37,056 nt of DNA from Candidatus Omnitrophota bacterium (GTDB taxonomy: Bacteria > Omnitrophota > Omnitrophia > Omnitrophales > JACQLI01), in the NCBI GenBank assembly GCA_016204125.1, contig JACQLI010000007.1, positions 1-37,056 of the forward strand, read 5' to 3'. Both the position numbers and the translations under genes were made by a program. Position 1 is the first letter of the stretch. Each line of letters begins with the position of its first letter. Positions 20,367 through 30,284 of the stretch are shown piece by piece. A model generated the notes under the pieces. That model made no database searches and was not told the DNA's origin. It saw only the letters and a list, made by a program, of their open reading frames with translations.

Positions 20367-21663
20367 TGCGAAGGGCCTCGACAGGATTGAGGGCTGCTGC
20401 CCGCTGGGCAGGATAAATTCCTGCCAGAACTGAAGTGAGCAAAGCCAAAGCGATGATGGTCGTTACATCAGTAAAATTAATCTCAGTCGGAATTTTATCC
20501 AAATAATAAATGTCGCTTGGAAAAACCGAGAAGCCTGTTGTCTCCTCGACAAAATCAGCAATAGGGTTCAAATTCCAAGCGAACAAGAGGCCCAAGACAG
20601 ATCCTAAGATAACACCAAACACGCCCACACTAAATCCCTCCAAAACAAAAATCTTACGGATGCTTTTCCTCATTGCCCCAAGCGCCCGAAGGATACCGAT
20701 ATCCTTGGTCTTTTCCATAACCACCATGATGAGGGTCGATACGATGTTAAACGCTGCAACCAAAATGATCAGCGCCAAGAGAATGGTCATGACATTTTTT
20801 TCCACCTGCAAAGCTGAGAAGAAATTCCGATTCAAATCAAACCAAGAACGAACCCAGTATTCTTCGCCAAGTTCTGAACGAAAGAGGACTTTCAGCTTCT
20901 CCGCTTGGTCAACATCGAAAAACCGAACACTAAGCCCAGTTACCCTTTTCCCTAAATGGTAAAGTGTTTGCGCCTCTTCAAGGTCAATCAAAACAAGGTT
21001 GCTGTCAAAATCGCTCATTCCCAGGCGAAAAATTCCCGTCACCTGGAAGGTTCGGGTCTCTGCCTTTTCAAGAGAAAAGGTCTTTCCTTCTTCTGCAAAG
21101 GGAGCGATAAGCGAAATCTCTTCTCCAGGACCTACTCCCAAAATACGAGCCAGACTTTCACCGATCACGACAGCTGGGATATGACGAAAGACTTTCTTCT
21201 TTGAAAGACCCAAAAATCGCCTTTTGATCACCATTCTTTCCTCGGGCTCAAAATCAAGCGTACCCCAGCGAAGATTGTCACCAAAAATCGTCATGTCCTC
21301 ACGAAAACGGTCAATCCCCTTCACCAAGACTCCAATCGCATTTCTTTGAGAACGAATGATGGCTTGCCCTTCAATGAATCCAGAAACCGTTTCTATTCCA
21401 GATAGATTCCATGAACGAATTCTCGACACTGCGGACTCTAGATCTTCAACACCATTCGTCTTCTCAATACGAAGATGAGGGTTCACGTTGACGATTTTCT
21501 GTTTGAGCTCCCGATCGAATCCGCTCATCACGGCCAGCACCACGATAAGCGCCATCACCCCAACCGCTACACCAAGAATAGAGATGAGGGAAATAAGAGA
21601 AACAAACCCTGTTTTTCTCCTCCGCGTAAGGTGCTTGAAGGCAATCCAGGTTTCGTATTTCAA
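20359..21663 (-). CDS. lolE: Lipoprotein-releasing ABC permease (LolC/E/F type)
   Basis: [46 protein letters not shown] and PVEALR. Confidence 0.9.
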   Translation of the reverse strand: MKYETWIAFKHLTRRRKTGFVSLISLISILGVAVGVMALIVVLAVMSGFDRELKQKIVNVNPHLRIEKTNGVEDLESAVSRIRSWNLSGIETVSGFIEGQAIIRSQRNAIGVLVKGIDRFREDMTIFGDNLRWGTLDFEPEERMVIKRRFLGLSKKKVFRHIPAVVIGESLARILGVGPGEEISLIAPFAEEGKTFSLEKAETRTFQVTGIFRLGMSDFDSNLVLIDLEEAQTLYHLGKRVTGLSVRFFDVDQAEKLKVLFRSELGEEYWVRSWFDLNRNFFSALQVEKNVMTILLALIILVAAFNIVSTLIMVVMEKTKDIGILRALGAMRKSIRKIFVLEGFSVGVFGVILGSVLGLLFAWNLNPIADFVEETTGFSVFPSDIYYLDKIPTEINFTDVTTIIALALLTSVLAGIYPAQRAAALNPVEALRNE

Positions 21664-23105
21664 GGATTCGTATCCTTCGTTTCGGGGCGAAGCTGTGGGA
21701 AAAGGATAACCTCTCGAATCGATGGACGATTGGTTAAGATCATAATAAGCCGATCAATTCCAATCCCTAAGCCTCCAGCAGGGGGCATCGCATATTCGAG
21801 CGCCATCACAAAGTCTTCGTCCAACTTTTTATTTCCCCCGATGATCTCAACCTGTTTCTCAAGTTTCTCGCGTTGAACAATCGGGTCGTTGAGTTCGGAG
21901 AAGGCATTTGCGATCTCAATTTTTCCTATGTAGAGCTCAAAACGATAAGCGAGGTCTGGGTCGTCATCCTTCGGTTTGGCAAGAGGTGTGAATTCTGCAG
22001 GATAATCGACCACAAAGGTGGGATTCCAAAGATCGGGTTCAACCACCGATTCAAAAACAGCGTTGAGGACATCGATCGGTTCATCATTGGGCTTAAATTC
22101 AACACCGATCTTTTTCGCCTCTTTTTTGATATCGGCCTTTTGCCAGTCCACGTTTGTCTTCTCCTGAAGCGTTTTATAAAAGGAGATTCGTTTCCAAGGT
22201 CGTTTGAACGAAAGGGGCTTTTCGCCGTATTCGATTTCTTCTTTGCCATGAATTTTCTTAGCGAGCCCAGAGATGAGTTCTTCTGTGAGAGCCATCATAT
22301 CGTTGTAATCTGCGTAGGCCTGATAGAGTTCAAGCATCGTGAATTCGGGATTGTGTCGGATCGAAATTCCCTCATTACGAAAATTCCGATTCACTTCGTA
22401 AACTTTTTCAAATCCACCCACAAGAAGCCTCTTAAGATAAAGTTCAGGGGCAACGCGCAAATAAAGATCCGTATCGAGAGCCTCATGACGTGTCACAAAA
22501 GGGCGGGCTCTCGCGCCGCCAGGGATCGGCTGCATGATGGGAGTTTCCACTTCCAGAAATCCCCTGCCATCTAAAAAATTTCTTATTTCACGGATGATTT
22601 CGCTTCGGAGCTGAAAAGTCTTTCTCACCTCATCGTTGACAATCAAATCAACGTACCTGTGGCGGTAACGGATTTCGACATCACGAAGTCCATGCCATTT
22701 CTCAGGAAGAACTTGGATGATTTTGGAAAGAAGGACGCATTTCTCAATCTTGACGGTTTTCTCTCCCATTTTAGAAGTAAAAAGCGAACCCTCAATCCCG
22801 ACGATATCGCCCAAATCAAGCTGAGAGAATCTCTCGTAACCTTCTGGCCCCAAGACATCTTCCTTGGCATAAATCTGAATTCTAGCGTTCTCGTCCTTGA
22901 GGTCACAAAAGGTACTTTTGCCATGACTTCTTCGAGCCATGACTCGACCCGCAATACGAATACGTTTTCCTTCTTGAAACCCGTTGAGGATGCTCTGAAT
23001 GGGCTCGATAGGAAGGTATCTTTCCCCGTACGGACGAATCCCCTGTTTAAGATACGATTCTCTCTTGGTTTTACGTTCACGGACAAGTTCTGATTCAGGT
23101 ATCAT
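21660..23105 (-). CDS. lysS: Lysine--tRNA ligase (class II)
   Basis: OB-fold N-terminus, PEKWHGL, FLEVETP, FRNEG...HNPEFTMLE and PPAGGLGIGIDRL. Confidence 0.97.
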   Translation of the reverse strand: MIPESELVRERKTKRESYLKQGIRPYGERYLPIEPIQSILNGFQEGKRIRIAGRVMARRSHGKSTFCDLKDENARIQIYAKEDVLGPEGYERFSQLDLGDIVGIEGSLFTSKMGEKTVKIEKCVLLSKIIQVLPEKWHGLRDVEIRYRHRYVDLIVNDEVRKTFQLRSEIIREIRNFLDGRGFLEVETPIMQPIPGGARARPFVTRHEALDTDLYLRVAPELYLKRLLVGGFEKVYEVNRNFRNEGISIRHNPEFTMLELYQAYADYNDMMALTEELISGLAKKIHGKEEIEYGEKPLSFKRPWKRISFYKTLQEKTNVDWQKADIKKEAKKIGVEFKPNDEPIDVLNAVFESVVEPDLWNPTFVVDYPAEFTPLAKPKDDDPDLAYRFELYIGKIEIANAFSELNDPIVQREKLEKQVEIIGGNKKLDEDFVMALEYAMPPAGGLGIGIDRLIMILTNRPSIREVILFPQLRPETKDTNP

Positions 23106-23138
23106 GGCTGGTTAAAATTTACCTAACTTTAAGCGGCG

Positions 23139-23167
23139 ATTATAGATGAGTGCTTGGGGGGTGTCAA
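23139..23167 (-). promoter_or_regulatory. Consensus sigma70 promoter for the lysS operon
   Basis: Minus strand TTGACA (23167-23162), exactly 17 nt, then TATAAT (23144-23139); ends 33 nt before the lysS ATG. Confidence 0.88.
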
Positions 23168-25485
23168 ACTCTCTTGCGGTGGGTCTGTTCGTGGAATACG
23201 GCTTGAGGCCCAAAAGGCTTCAGAATAATCAAGGCGATTGGAAGCAGGATAAGCGTGCAACCCAATGAAAAGAGGATGGTTATGCTCGTCAAGATTCCAA
23301 AATAGACCGTGGGTTTGAAAGTGGCAAAAATGCTGGTGGCGAATCCGAAAACCAAGATCAGGGTAGCCACCATCATGGCCCTTCCCACATTTCTATAGGT
23401 ATGGTGAAGGGCCTGAAGGTAATGTCTCCTGTGCATAAATTCAGTCCGAAACCGATAGAGAAACTGAATGGAGGCGTCAACCACAAGACCCAGAACCACG
23501 CTTGAGATCATAGCCGTGGGGGTTGAGAGCTCAATCCTTGAATAACCCATGATTCCGTAAAGCCCCACGATCGGAATGAGATTAGGAATAGCTGCAAGGA
23601 GAGCCATTTTGAGGGAACGAAAAAAAATGGCAATTAAAGTCAGAATCAAAACAAAAGCTAGACCCAAACTATGAATCTGATTCATAACAAGCCGCTCTGC
23701 CATTTGTCCCAATAAAACGGTGCTTCCTGTGATACGGATATCATACTCTTCTTTCCAATGGGTGCGGACGTACCTCCAGATTCGATCTTCAAGGAGTCTC
23801 CCCTTTTCCGTCCCAACAGCCTTCATCCTCGCTTCAAGCCGCAGGCGACGATAATCTTTTGAAATAAAACTCCAAAAGTCAGGATTTTTAGACTCGGCCA
23901 GTTTTTCGATATATTTCTGAAGCGTTTTCTCTCTTACGGGAATAATAAAACCAAGAGGGTCTCCCATTCTGGCTTCATGGACCTTTTTGATAATCGTCGC
24001 GAGGGAATTGACTTTGGTAATCTCTTCCTGCTCTTCCAAGAAGTGACTAAGGGCGTCAACTTGTTTCATGGTTTCGACTGTAACAAACGGCTTGTGGTCG
24101 CGCCTTTCAATCGTCACGCCCAGTGAATAAACACCCGCCAAATGCTCATCAATGAAGCGGGTTGCGATGGCCAGAGGCGAACGGGTTGGGAGGTCAGCGA
24201 TCAGGTTAGTATTCACACGGATTCTCTGAACACCAACAAAGGAAAGAGCTATCAACACGACCGTTGCTATGAGAAGAATCCATTTCAGATGAAATTGAAT
24301 CTTTTCCAGATAAACGATGACCACTTGATTGAAAAAGTTTTTTTCCCGATCGTTTTCCAAGTCATGCTGGAAAGGAAGAATGGGCAAGAGAATGGGCATA
24401 AGGATCATTGCCAAAGTATAAGCGTAAAAAATCCCCAAAGCGGCAAAGAGTCCAAAACTCTGCACCGCAGGAACTTCATTTAATAGAAGAGAAAGAAATC
24501 CAACCACAGCCGTTGCGGTAGTTAGAAAACAGGGCACTCCCAGATGCTGCAAAGTAAGGGCAATGCTTTCACGTATGTTTTTGTGATGAGAACGGAGTTC
24601 CGAAAAAAGATTGATCAGGTAGATACTGTAAGTAACCGCAATAATCATAACCACAGGCGCAAGAAGGGAATTAATCAGATTGAGCGAATAACCCAAAAGC
24701 GCAATGGTTCCGAATGTCCAGACGATCGTTACAAAAACGATCGACATCGCAACTACGACGCTCGGAATATTACGATAGATCAGAAAAGTTGCCAAGATCA
24801 GAAAAAGACTCACTGAAGGGATGAAAAACATTTGATCTCTTCGGATGGCATCGATGAAATCGTGCTGTTCTACAGGAGAACCCGCCACGTAAAGTTGAGC
24901 ATCAGGCCAGGCAAAAAATCCAAGGGTTGAGCGGAGATCGCTCACATAACCCCGAAGGAAATGGGGGTCATCGGACTTGGGTTTGAGGCGGATGAGAATA
25001 GCGCTGACTTTTCCATCTTCAGAAAGAAGATTCCCTAAGAAAAAGGGGTTGGAAAGAGCCTCCTTCTTGAATTTTTCCATCGGTTTCTTTCCTTCTAAAA
25101 CACCTTCGATGACAGGTTCTACCTTGACACCAAGAACCCTGTGTTTAATATCAAGGGCATTGGTCAAACTTAAGACCCGATCAACCCTCGGATCTTTTGA
25201 GAGAATTTTTGTCAGGATGTCTGTCAGAAGAAGATTCCGCATCGTGAAATAATCAGGGGTCTTGATAGCAATGGCGATCAGGTAATCGCTTCCGAAGTTT
25301 TCTCTAAACTCTCGGTAGAATTGATACGCTGGTGTTCGTTTTTCAAAAAGCGCCTCTGTCGAAGGATCAATTTTGAGTGAGGGAAGCGCGTGGGCAAAGG
25401 AAAGGGTCGCTAGAATAAAAACTAAAAGAAGCGGCCACCGCAGAAGAACAATAACCTTACCAAATTTTCCGAAAAATTGGCTCAA
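23164..25485 (-). CDS. MMPL/RND family lipid exporter
   Basis: Two repeats of TM + periplasmic domain + 5 TM; motifs PCFLTTATAVVGFLSL, AIPNLIP and GLVVD. TTG start with TAAGG upstream; an in-frame TAA at 25498-25500 bounds the 5' end. Confidence 0.9.
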   Translation of the reverse strand: MSQFFGKFGKVIVLLRWPLLLVFILATLSFAHALPSLKIDPSTEALFEKRTPAYQFYREFRENFGSDYLIAIAIKTPDYFTMRNLLLTDILTKILSKDPRVDRVLSLTNALDIKHRVLGVKVEPVIEGVLEGKKPMEKFKKEALSNPFFLGNLLSEDGKVSAILIRLKPKSDDPHFLRGYVSDLRSTLGFFAWPDAQLYVAGSPVEQHDFIDAIRRDQMFFIPSVSLFLILATFLIYRNIPSVVVAMSIVFVTIVWTFGTIALLGYSLNLINSLLAPVVMIIAVTYSIYLINLFSELRSHHKNIRESIALTLQHLGVPCFLTTATAVVGFLSLLLNEVPAVQSFGLFAALGIFYAYTLAMILMPILLPILPFQHDLENDREKNFFNQVVIVYLEKIQFHLKWILLIATVVLIALSFVGVQRIRVNTNLIADLPTRSPLAIATRFIDEHLAGVYSLGVTIERRDHKPFVTVETMKQVDALSHFLEEQEEITKVNSLATIIKKVHEARMGDPLGFIIPVREKTLQKYIEKLAESKNPDFWSFISKDYRRLRLEARMKAVGTEKGRLLEDRIWRYVRTHWKEEYDIRITGSTVLLGQMAERLVMNQIHSLGLAFVLILTLIAIFFRSLKMALLAAIPNLIPIVGLYGIMGYSRIELSTPTAMISSVVLGLVVDASIQFLYRFRTEFMHRRHYLQALHHTYRNVGRAMMVATLILVFGFATSIFATFKPTVYFGILTSITILFSLGCTLILLPIALIILKPFGPQAVFHEQTHRKRV

Positions 25486-25510
25486 TTTTGTGGTACCTTA
25501 GTGTTCAAAA

Positions 25511-26653
25511 ATGCTGAATGCACTTTCCTTTTTTTACCTTTTGACCGTTTTTGTCTGGTTTCAGAGAAGTCGGAGAGCCTTTCAGGCGCTTCTCAAGAAT
25601 CCCGAAGTCAAACCCACTGAATCCTTGCCTTCGCCTCTTCCCCTTGTCTCCATCCTTCTCCCTGTAAAAAATGAGGAAGAAAACTTAAGAGATTGCCTCA
25701 AATGCCTCCTGAACCAGAATTACCCCGCTAAGGAAATTATCGTCATTAACGACAATTCCATAGACCGAACTTCTGAAATCCTCAATGAATACGCTCGTTT
25801 ATACCCCGACTCCATTCAAACCGTCAATGCCTCTCAAGCGCCCAAGGGGTGGACGGGCAAAAATTGGGCTATCGCCCAAGGAACGCTCCTTGCCAGGGGA
25901 GAATGGTTTCTTTTCACGGATGCGGATACACGCCATGATCCATGGTCCCTTTCCAGTTCTGTCTCCTATGCAGAAAGTAAAGATCTCGACCTTCTGACTT
26001 TATCCCCTCGATGTCTTACGGAAAGTTTTTGGGAGAAAACTATCCAACCTGCTGCTATGGCCTTTACAGGACTTTGGTTTCCCTTCTACAGAGTCAACGA
26101 TCCTACTTCTCGATTCACCTTTGGGAATGGACAATATTTGATGATCCGAAGAGAGGCTTACCAAATCATCGGTGGGCATACGAAAGTAAAAGGTGCTTTC
26201 CTTGAGGATTTTGAATTAGTAAGAGAAACTAAGAAAATCCGTCGGAGAGTCGAGTGCGCTATTGGAACGAAAATTTACGGCACAAGGATGTATCGGTCAC
26301 TTAAAAAAATTTGGCGGGGATGGCGGCGGATCTTTTTTCATGCCTTCGAGAAAAATCCTTTTCATCTCCTGGAGAAAGCAATTTCCATTTTCTTCTTTTC
26401 TTTTCTCCCCTTTCTTCTTTTGCCTTCCCTAACACTTGATGCCCTTAAAGACCCTGAGCACTTTGGAATCTTAGGACTCATCAATTCTTTGATACTGGGG
26501 CTTGTTTTCCTGACGGCCTGGAAGTCACATTCGATCCTGGGGGGACCAAAGAAATACATTTTTCTTCATCCGCTGGCAGCCCTCATTCTGACAGGAATCT
26601 TACTCGATGCGGCTTGGAATTCTCTACGGCGGAAGGAATTGAAGTGGCGTTAA
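25511..26653 (+). CDS. Membrane-bound GT2 glycosyltransferase (lipid/carotenoid/hopanoid-acceptor-like)
   Basis: PVKNEE, NDNSID, GWTGKNWA, DAD, NGQY, ED and RMY motifs; N- and C-terminal TM helices. Confidence 0.9.
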   Translation: MLNALSFFYLLTVFVWFQRSRRAFQALLKNPEVKPTESLPSPLPLVSILLPVKNEEENLRDCLKCLLNQNYPAKEIIVINDNSIDRTSEILNEYARLYPDSIQTVNASQAPKGWTGKNWAIAQGTLLARGEWFLFTDADTRHDPWSLSSSVSYAESKDLDLLTLSPRCLTESFWEKTIQPAAMAFTGLWFPFYRVNDPTSRFTFGNGQYLMIRREAYQIIGGHTKVKGAFLEDFELVRETKKIRRRVECAIGTKIYGTRMYRSLKKIWRGWRRIFFHAFEKNPFHLLEKAISIFFFSFLPFLLLPSLTLDALKDPEHFGILGLINSLILGLVFLTAWKSHSILGGPKKYIFLHPLAALILTGILLDAAWNSLRRKELKWR

Positions 26654-27747
26654 ACCTTGCGAAGAAAGTAACCCTTTTCGAGAGCGTAATCGACAATCTT
26701 TTTCAAGAAAAAGCGGTCTGTATTGGGAAAAGGAATTCTACTTCCTTCTAACGTCTTACGGGTATTTCTCGTATCAAAAGTAAGGGAGCTTCCTAGGTAG
26801 CCCAGGTAGGGTTTCAAGCTCGAAAAGACCTCTTTCTCCCTCGGATCGAGATCTTCAACCAAAAAATCTTCTGGGGGAATAACCTCAACGGGAGGAAAAT
26901 CTCCCAATTCCTCTTTCACCTGCAGAAGAAGGTCAAGGGTGGGCGGATTTTCTGTGACGAGATGAAAAGTCTTTTTCAAACAATCTCTCTGGCGGGAAAT
27001 ATGGAAGGAGGCTTCCACGACAAAATCAATGGGAACAATGTTAAAAGAGTGATCAAGCCGAGAAGGGAGTCTTTTAAGGAGACCGTGGGCAAAGAGACGC
27101 AAAAAAGGATAGATGACGTTGAATTCCGATACCGCTCCCCTTGCCGAATCTCCCACTACAATGCTTGGCCTAAAAATCGCTGCGGGAAGCCCCTCAGCCA
27201 TTTCTTCCCGAACTTTTTGCTCGGCTAAGAATTTGGTTGCCTCATAGTGGTTACCGAATACAGGACCTTCGGGAAGTTCGTCTTCAAGAGAGTGAATGTT
27301 GGTAAGGCTGCCCGCCACATAGGCTGTGCTGAAATAAAAAAATCTCCCAAGTCTTCCTTTTTGATGAGCCTCGCGCGCAAGCTCCAGCGCATGGATCGTG
27401 CCTTGAAGGTTGATTTTCTCTGCCTCTTCCCTTGAAGCACCTAAATTGGTGAGGGCTGCGATATGATAAAACTCATCTGATTCCCCCGACGCCACTTTCC
27501 AGTCACGTTCGCTCAAGCCCAGCCGTCCCTGAGCCACATCGCCTGCAAAGACACGAATGCGGCCAACTGATTTTCCATTGATTCCTAATTTAGCGAGGAG
27601 TTTGGAGATTCTCTCTTCATGGGAGTCAGATGCCTTAGGCCGCACAAGAAGAAAAAGATTATCCTCTGTCCTCTCCAAGAAGACACGGATGAGTTCACGC
27701 CCGATACTTCCCGTTACTCCTGTAATGAAAATATTTTTCTTACTCAT
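26650..27747 (-). CDS. Extended SDR, NAD_binding_4 / fatty acyl-thioester reductase-like
   Basis: FITGVTGSIG, HIAA, STAYVAG, YEATK and RPSIVVG. Start moved from 27789 to ATG 27747 (MSKKNIFITG), which overlaps the upstream KS stop. Confidence 0.85.
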   Translation of the reverse strand: MSKKNIFITGVTGSIGRELIRVFLERTEDNLFLLVRPKASDSHEERISKLLAKLGINGKSVGRIRVFAGDVAQGRLGLSERDWKVASGESDEFYHIAALTNLGASREEAEKINLQGTIHALELAREAHQKGRLGRFFYFSTAYVAGSLTNIHSLEDELPEGPVFGNHYEATKFLAEQKVREEMAEGLPAAIFRPSIVVGDSARGAVSEFNVIYPFLRLFAHGLLKRLPSRLDHSFNIVPIDFVVEASFHISRQRDCLKKTFHLVTENPPTLDLLLQVKEELGDFPPVEVIPPEDFLVEDLDPREKEVFSSLKPYLGYLGSSLTFDTRNTRKTLEGSRIPFPNTDRFFLKKIVDYALEKGYFLRKV

Positions 27748-29041
27748 ATCGTTTTGCAATGAGGCAAATATTTTGTCCCCCAAACCCAAATGAGTTACTC
27801 AGCGCAACATCGACATTCGCCTCACGGGATTCATTGGGAACGTAATCAAGATCGCAGGCGGAATCAGATTCCTCGTAATTGATGGTAGGTGGGATGACGC
27901 CATCACGAATAGCCAGGAGACAGGCAATCAGTTCGCTAGCACCTGCTGCTGCAATCATGTGGCCGAGCATTGATTTGATGGAACTCACGGGGATTTTGTA
28001 GGCGGCCTCACCAAAAACTTTCTTGATCACCAAGGTCTCGATGGCATCGTTCACAAGCGTAGCGGTACCGTGAGCATTGATGTAGTCGACTTCATCGGGA
28101 TTGATTCTGGCTTTCCTCAAAGCCAGCTCAATCGCTCGACAAGCCCCCTCTCCTTCTGGATCCATATCCGTTAAACGATAGGCATCGGCGGTAGAACCGT
28201 ATCCGATCACTTCCCCGTAGATAGGCGCGCCTCTTTTCAAAGCATGAGACAATTCTTCAAGCACCAGAGCTGCAGCGCCTTCTGAAAGCACAAACCCATC
28301 TCTTTTCTTATCGAAGGGGCGCGATGCCTTTTCTGGTTCATTATTTCGCTTGGATAAAACGGTCAGGGAACTGAAACCAGCAACACCTAAAGGATAAATC
28401 ATAGAGTGGGATCCGCCCGTTAGAACCAGATCTGCATCTCCCCGCCGAATCTCCTCAAAAGCTTCTCCAATGGCCTGGGATGACGCGGCGCAAGCCGTCA
28501 GACAATTAGAGACTGTACCTTCGATGCCAAATCTTTTAGCCAGGTGTTTGACGGTCATAAAAGGTTGAATCTCAAGCTCCCCTCGGCCCTCCAGAAAATC
28601 ACTGCTTCGGCTAATGTATTTTCCGGGGTCTACGATCTTTCCATTGCCACCCCAAGAAGAGGAGAGCGTTGCCACAAAACCATCAAAATTGATGCCCCAG
28701 TCGCCCGCTGCAAAATAAAGCCCTAAACGTTCAGGATCCTCACTTTCTTTTCTGAGTCGGGCATCCTCGATCGCCTCTTGAGCAGCTTGAAGGGCAAAGA
28801 AACTGGAACGCCCCGCCTTTTTTAGATCCTCATCTTGCGTTACCCAGAAGTCAAAATCAAAATCGCGAACTTCTCCTGCAATTTGGACAGGAAACTCGCT
28901 GGCATCAAAAAGAGTGATCTTGCCGATACCTGATTTGCCCCGTATCAAATTGGCCCAATTCTCTTCTCGAGACAAACCGAGAGGGCTCACAATCCCCATA
29001 CCTGTAACGACGACGCGCCTGTGACCGTTAGGATTTACCAT
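27740..29041 (-). CDS. fabF: Beta-ketoacyl-ACP synthase (FabF-like) with intact Cys-His-His triad
   Basis: RRVVVTG, TACAAS (Cys codon 28490-28492), NAHGT, KSMLGH and SNSFGFGGQN. Confidence 0.92.
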   Translation of the reverse strand: MVNPNGHRRVVVTGMGIVSPLGLSREENWANLIRGKSGIGKITLFDASEFPVQIAGEVRDFDFDFWVTQDEDLKKAGRSSFFALQAAQEAIEDARLRKESEDPERLGLYFAAGDWGINFDGFVATLSSSWGGNGKIVDPGKYISRSSDFLEGRGELEIQPFMTVKHLAKRFGIEGTVSNCLTACAASSQAIGEAFEEIRRGDADLVLTGGSHSMIYPLGVAGFSSLTVLSKRNNEPEKASRPFDKKRDGFVLSEGAAALVLEELSHALKRGAPIYGEVIGYGSTADAYRLTDMDPEGEGACRAIELALRKARINPDEVDYINAHGTATLVNDAIETLVIKKVFGEAAYKIPVSSIKSMLGHMIAAAGASELIACLLAIRDGVIPPTINYEESDSACDLDYVPNESREANVDVALSNSFGFGGQNICLIAKRYE

Positions 29042-30284
29042 GACTCACCACCATCGTTGCGGTCTGTCCGCCAAAACCTGAACTATGAAGAAGAAAAGTT
29101 GAAACTTCTATTCTTTGGGGTTTGGCCATCACAAAATTCAGATCACATTCTGGATCGGGTTCTTCCAAATTGACAATGGGAGGCAAGATACCTCTCTCGA
29201 GAGAGAGCAGCGAAAGGCTGAGTTCTGTTGTCCCGGCCGCATCTATCAAATGGCCCGTTACTGATTTGGATGCTGTGACAGGAATGTGTTCAACGTACGA
29301 TTCTAAAACACGGGCGATGGCTTGAGCTTCAAGGATGTCTTCTTCTGGAATTCCACTCCCATGAGCATGAATGAATCCGATTTCTCCGACGTCTCTCTGG
29401 GCTTCTTCGAACGCTTTCTTAATGGACCTCTCCTGAGATTTGAGTGTTGCACCATATCCTAAAATCTCCCCGTAAATCTTGGCTCCTCTCTTCAAAGCGT
29501 GCCCGCGTTCTTCCAAAACAAAAATTCCTGTCCCCTCACCGACAACCATTCCATCCCTCCTCCGATCAAAAGGACGATAGACTTCACTCGGTGAATGGTT
29601 TCTTTGAGAAAGGACACCGAGAAGATGGAACCGAGACAAGCCAAGCGGGTTGATCTTTGAGTCGGTTGCACCTGCCAACATGATATCCGCATCGTCGCGC
29701 TGGATAATCCGATAGGCCTCACCCACCGCTTGAACTCCACCTGTTGAAGAAGTCATTAAGGTGTTATTCGGACCTTTGAGTCCATGCGTAATTGAAATAT
29801 GACAGGCGGGCATGTTGGGAAGATATTTGAGCAGCCAAAGCGGATAAAGTGCCCTCATCCCTTCGCGGCCAAAACGCTTAATTTGAAACTTTCCCTCTTC
29901 GTCTAAGGACTCCTTGATTCCCGAACCTATTTCTTCGAGATCATTATTGATAAGGCCCGAGCCAAGCGTTACGCCAGCGCGTTTTCTATCGATTTGATCA
30001 AGCTGCATCCTTGAGTCTTGGATCGCCAAGATGCTTGCGGCCACAGCCAGCCGAATATCTCGGCTCATGACCTTCAAGTTCTTCCTGGTTCTTATGAAAT
30101 CTTCGGGTCTAAAATCGACAATCTCACCACCCACTTTGACGGGAGAACCGTTGGACGAGAATTCCGAAAGCTCTCTGATGGATGACCTTCCACTCAGGGC
30201 CATCTTCCAAAGGGGTTCGTAGCCGATCCCGCAGGCACTTAATGTTCCAATGCCTGTAATGACGACTCGTCTCTTAGCGGCCAC
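29028..30284 (-). CDS. FabF-like ketosynthase homolog lacking the catalytic Cys (chain-length-factor-like)
   Basis: KS fold motifs RRVVITG, PNMPA, PFD..RDG...GEG, HAHG and KSxxGH are present, but TSSTGG replaces TACAAS. The start is probably GTG 30284 with GAGG upstream rather than TTG 30317. Confidence 0.88.
   Translation of the reverse strand: MAAKRRVVITGIGTLSACGIGYEPLWKMALSGRSSIRELSEFSSNGSPVKVGGEIVDFRPEDFIRTRKNLKVMSRDIRLAVAASILAIQDSRMQLDQIDRKRAGVTLGSGLINNDLEEIGSGIKESLDEEGKFQIKRFGREGMRALYPLWLLKYLPNMPACHISITHGLKGPNNTLMTSSTGGVQAVGEAYRIIQRDDADIMLAGATDSKINPLGLSRFHLLGVLSQRNHSPSEVYRPFDRRRDGMVVGEGTGIFVLEERGHALKRGAKIYGEILGYGATLKSQERSIKKAFEEAQRDVGEIGFIHAHGSGIPEEDILEAQAIARVLESYVEHIPVTASKSVTGHLIDAAGTTELSLSLLSLERGILPPIVNLEEPDPECDLNFVMAKPQRIEVSTFLLHSSGFGGQTATMVVSHGKS

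Noticed and set aside
21873-22574. 233-aa plus-strand ORF (and similar ones such as 7373-7951 and 16229-16777)
   Set aside because: Fully antisense to lysS, gltX or clpC, with no recognisable motifs; expected shadow ORFs.
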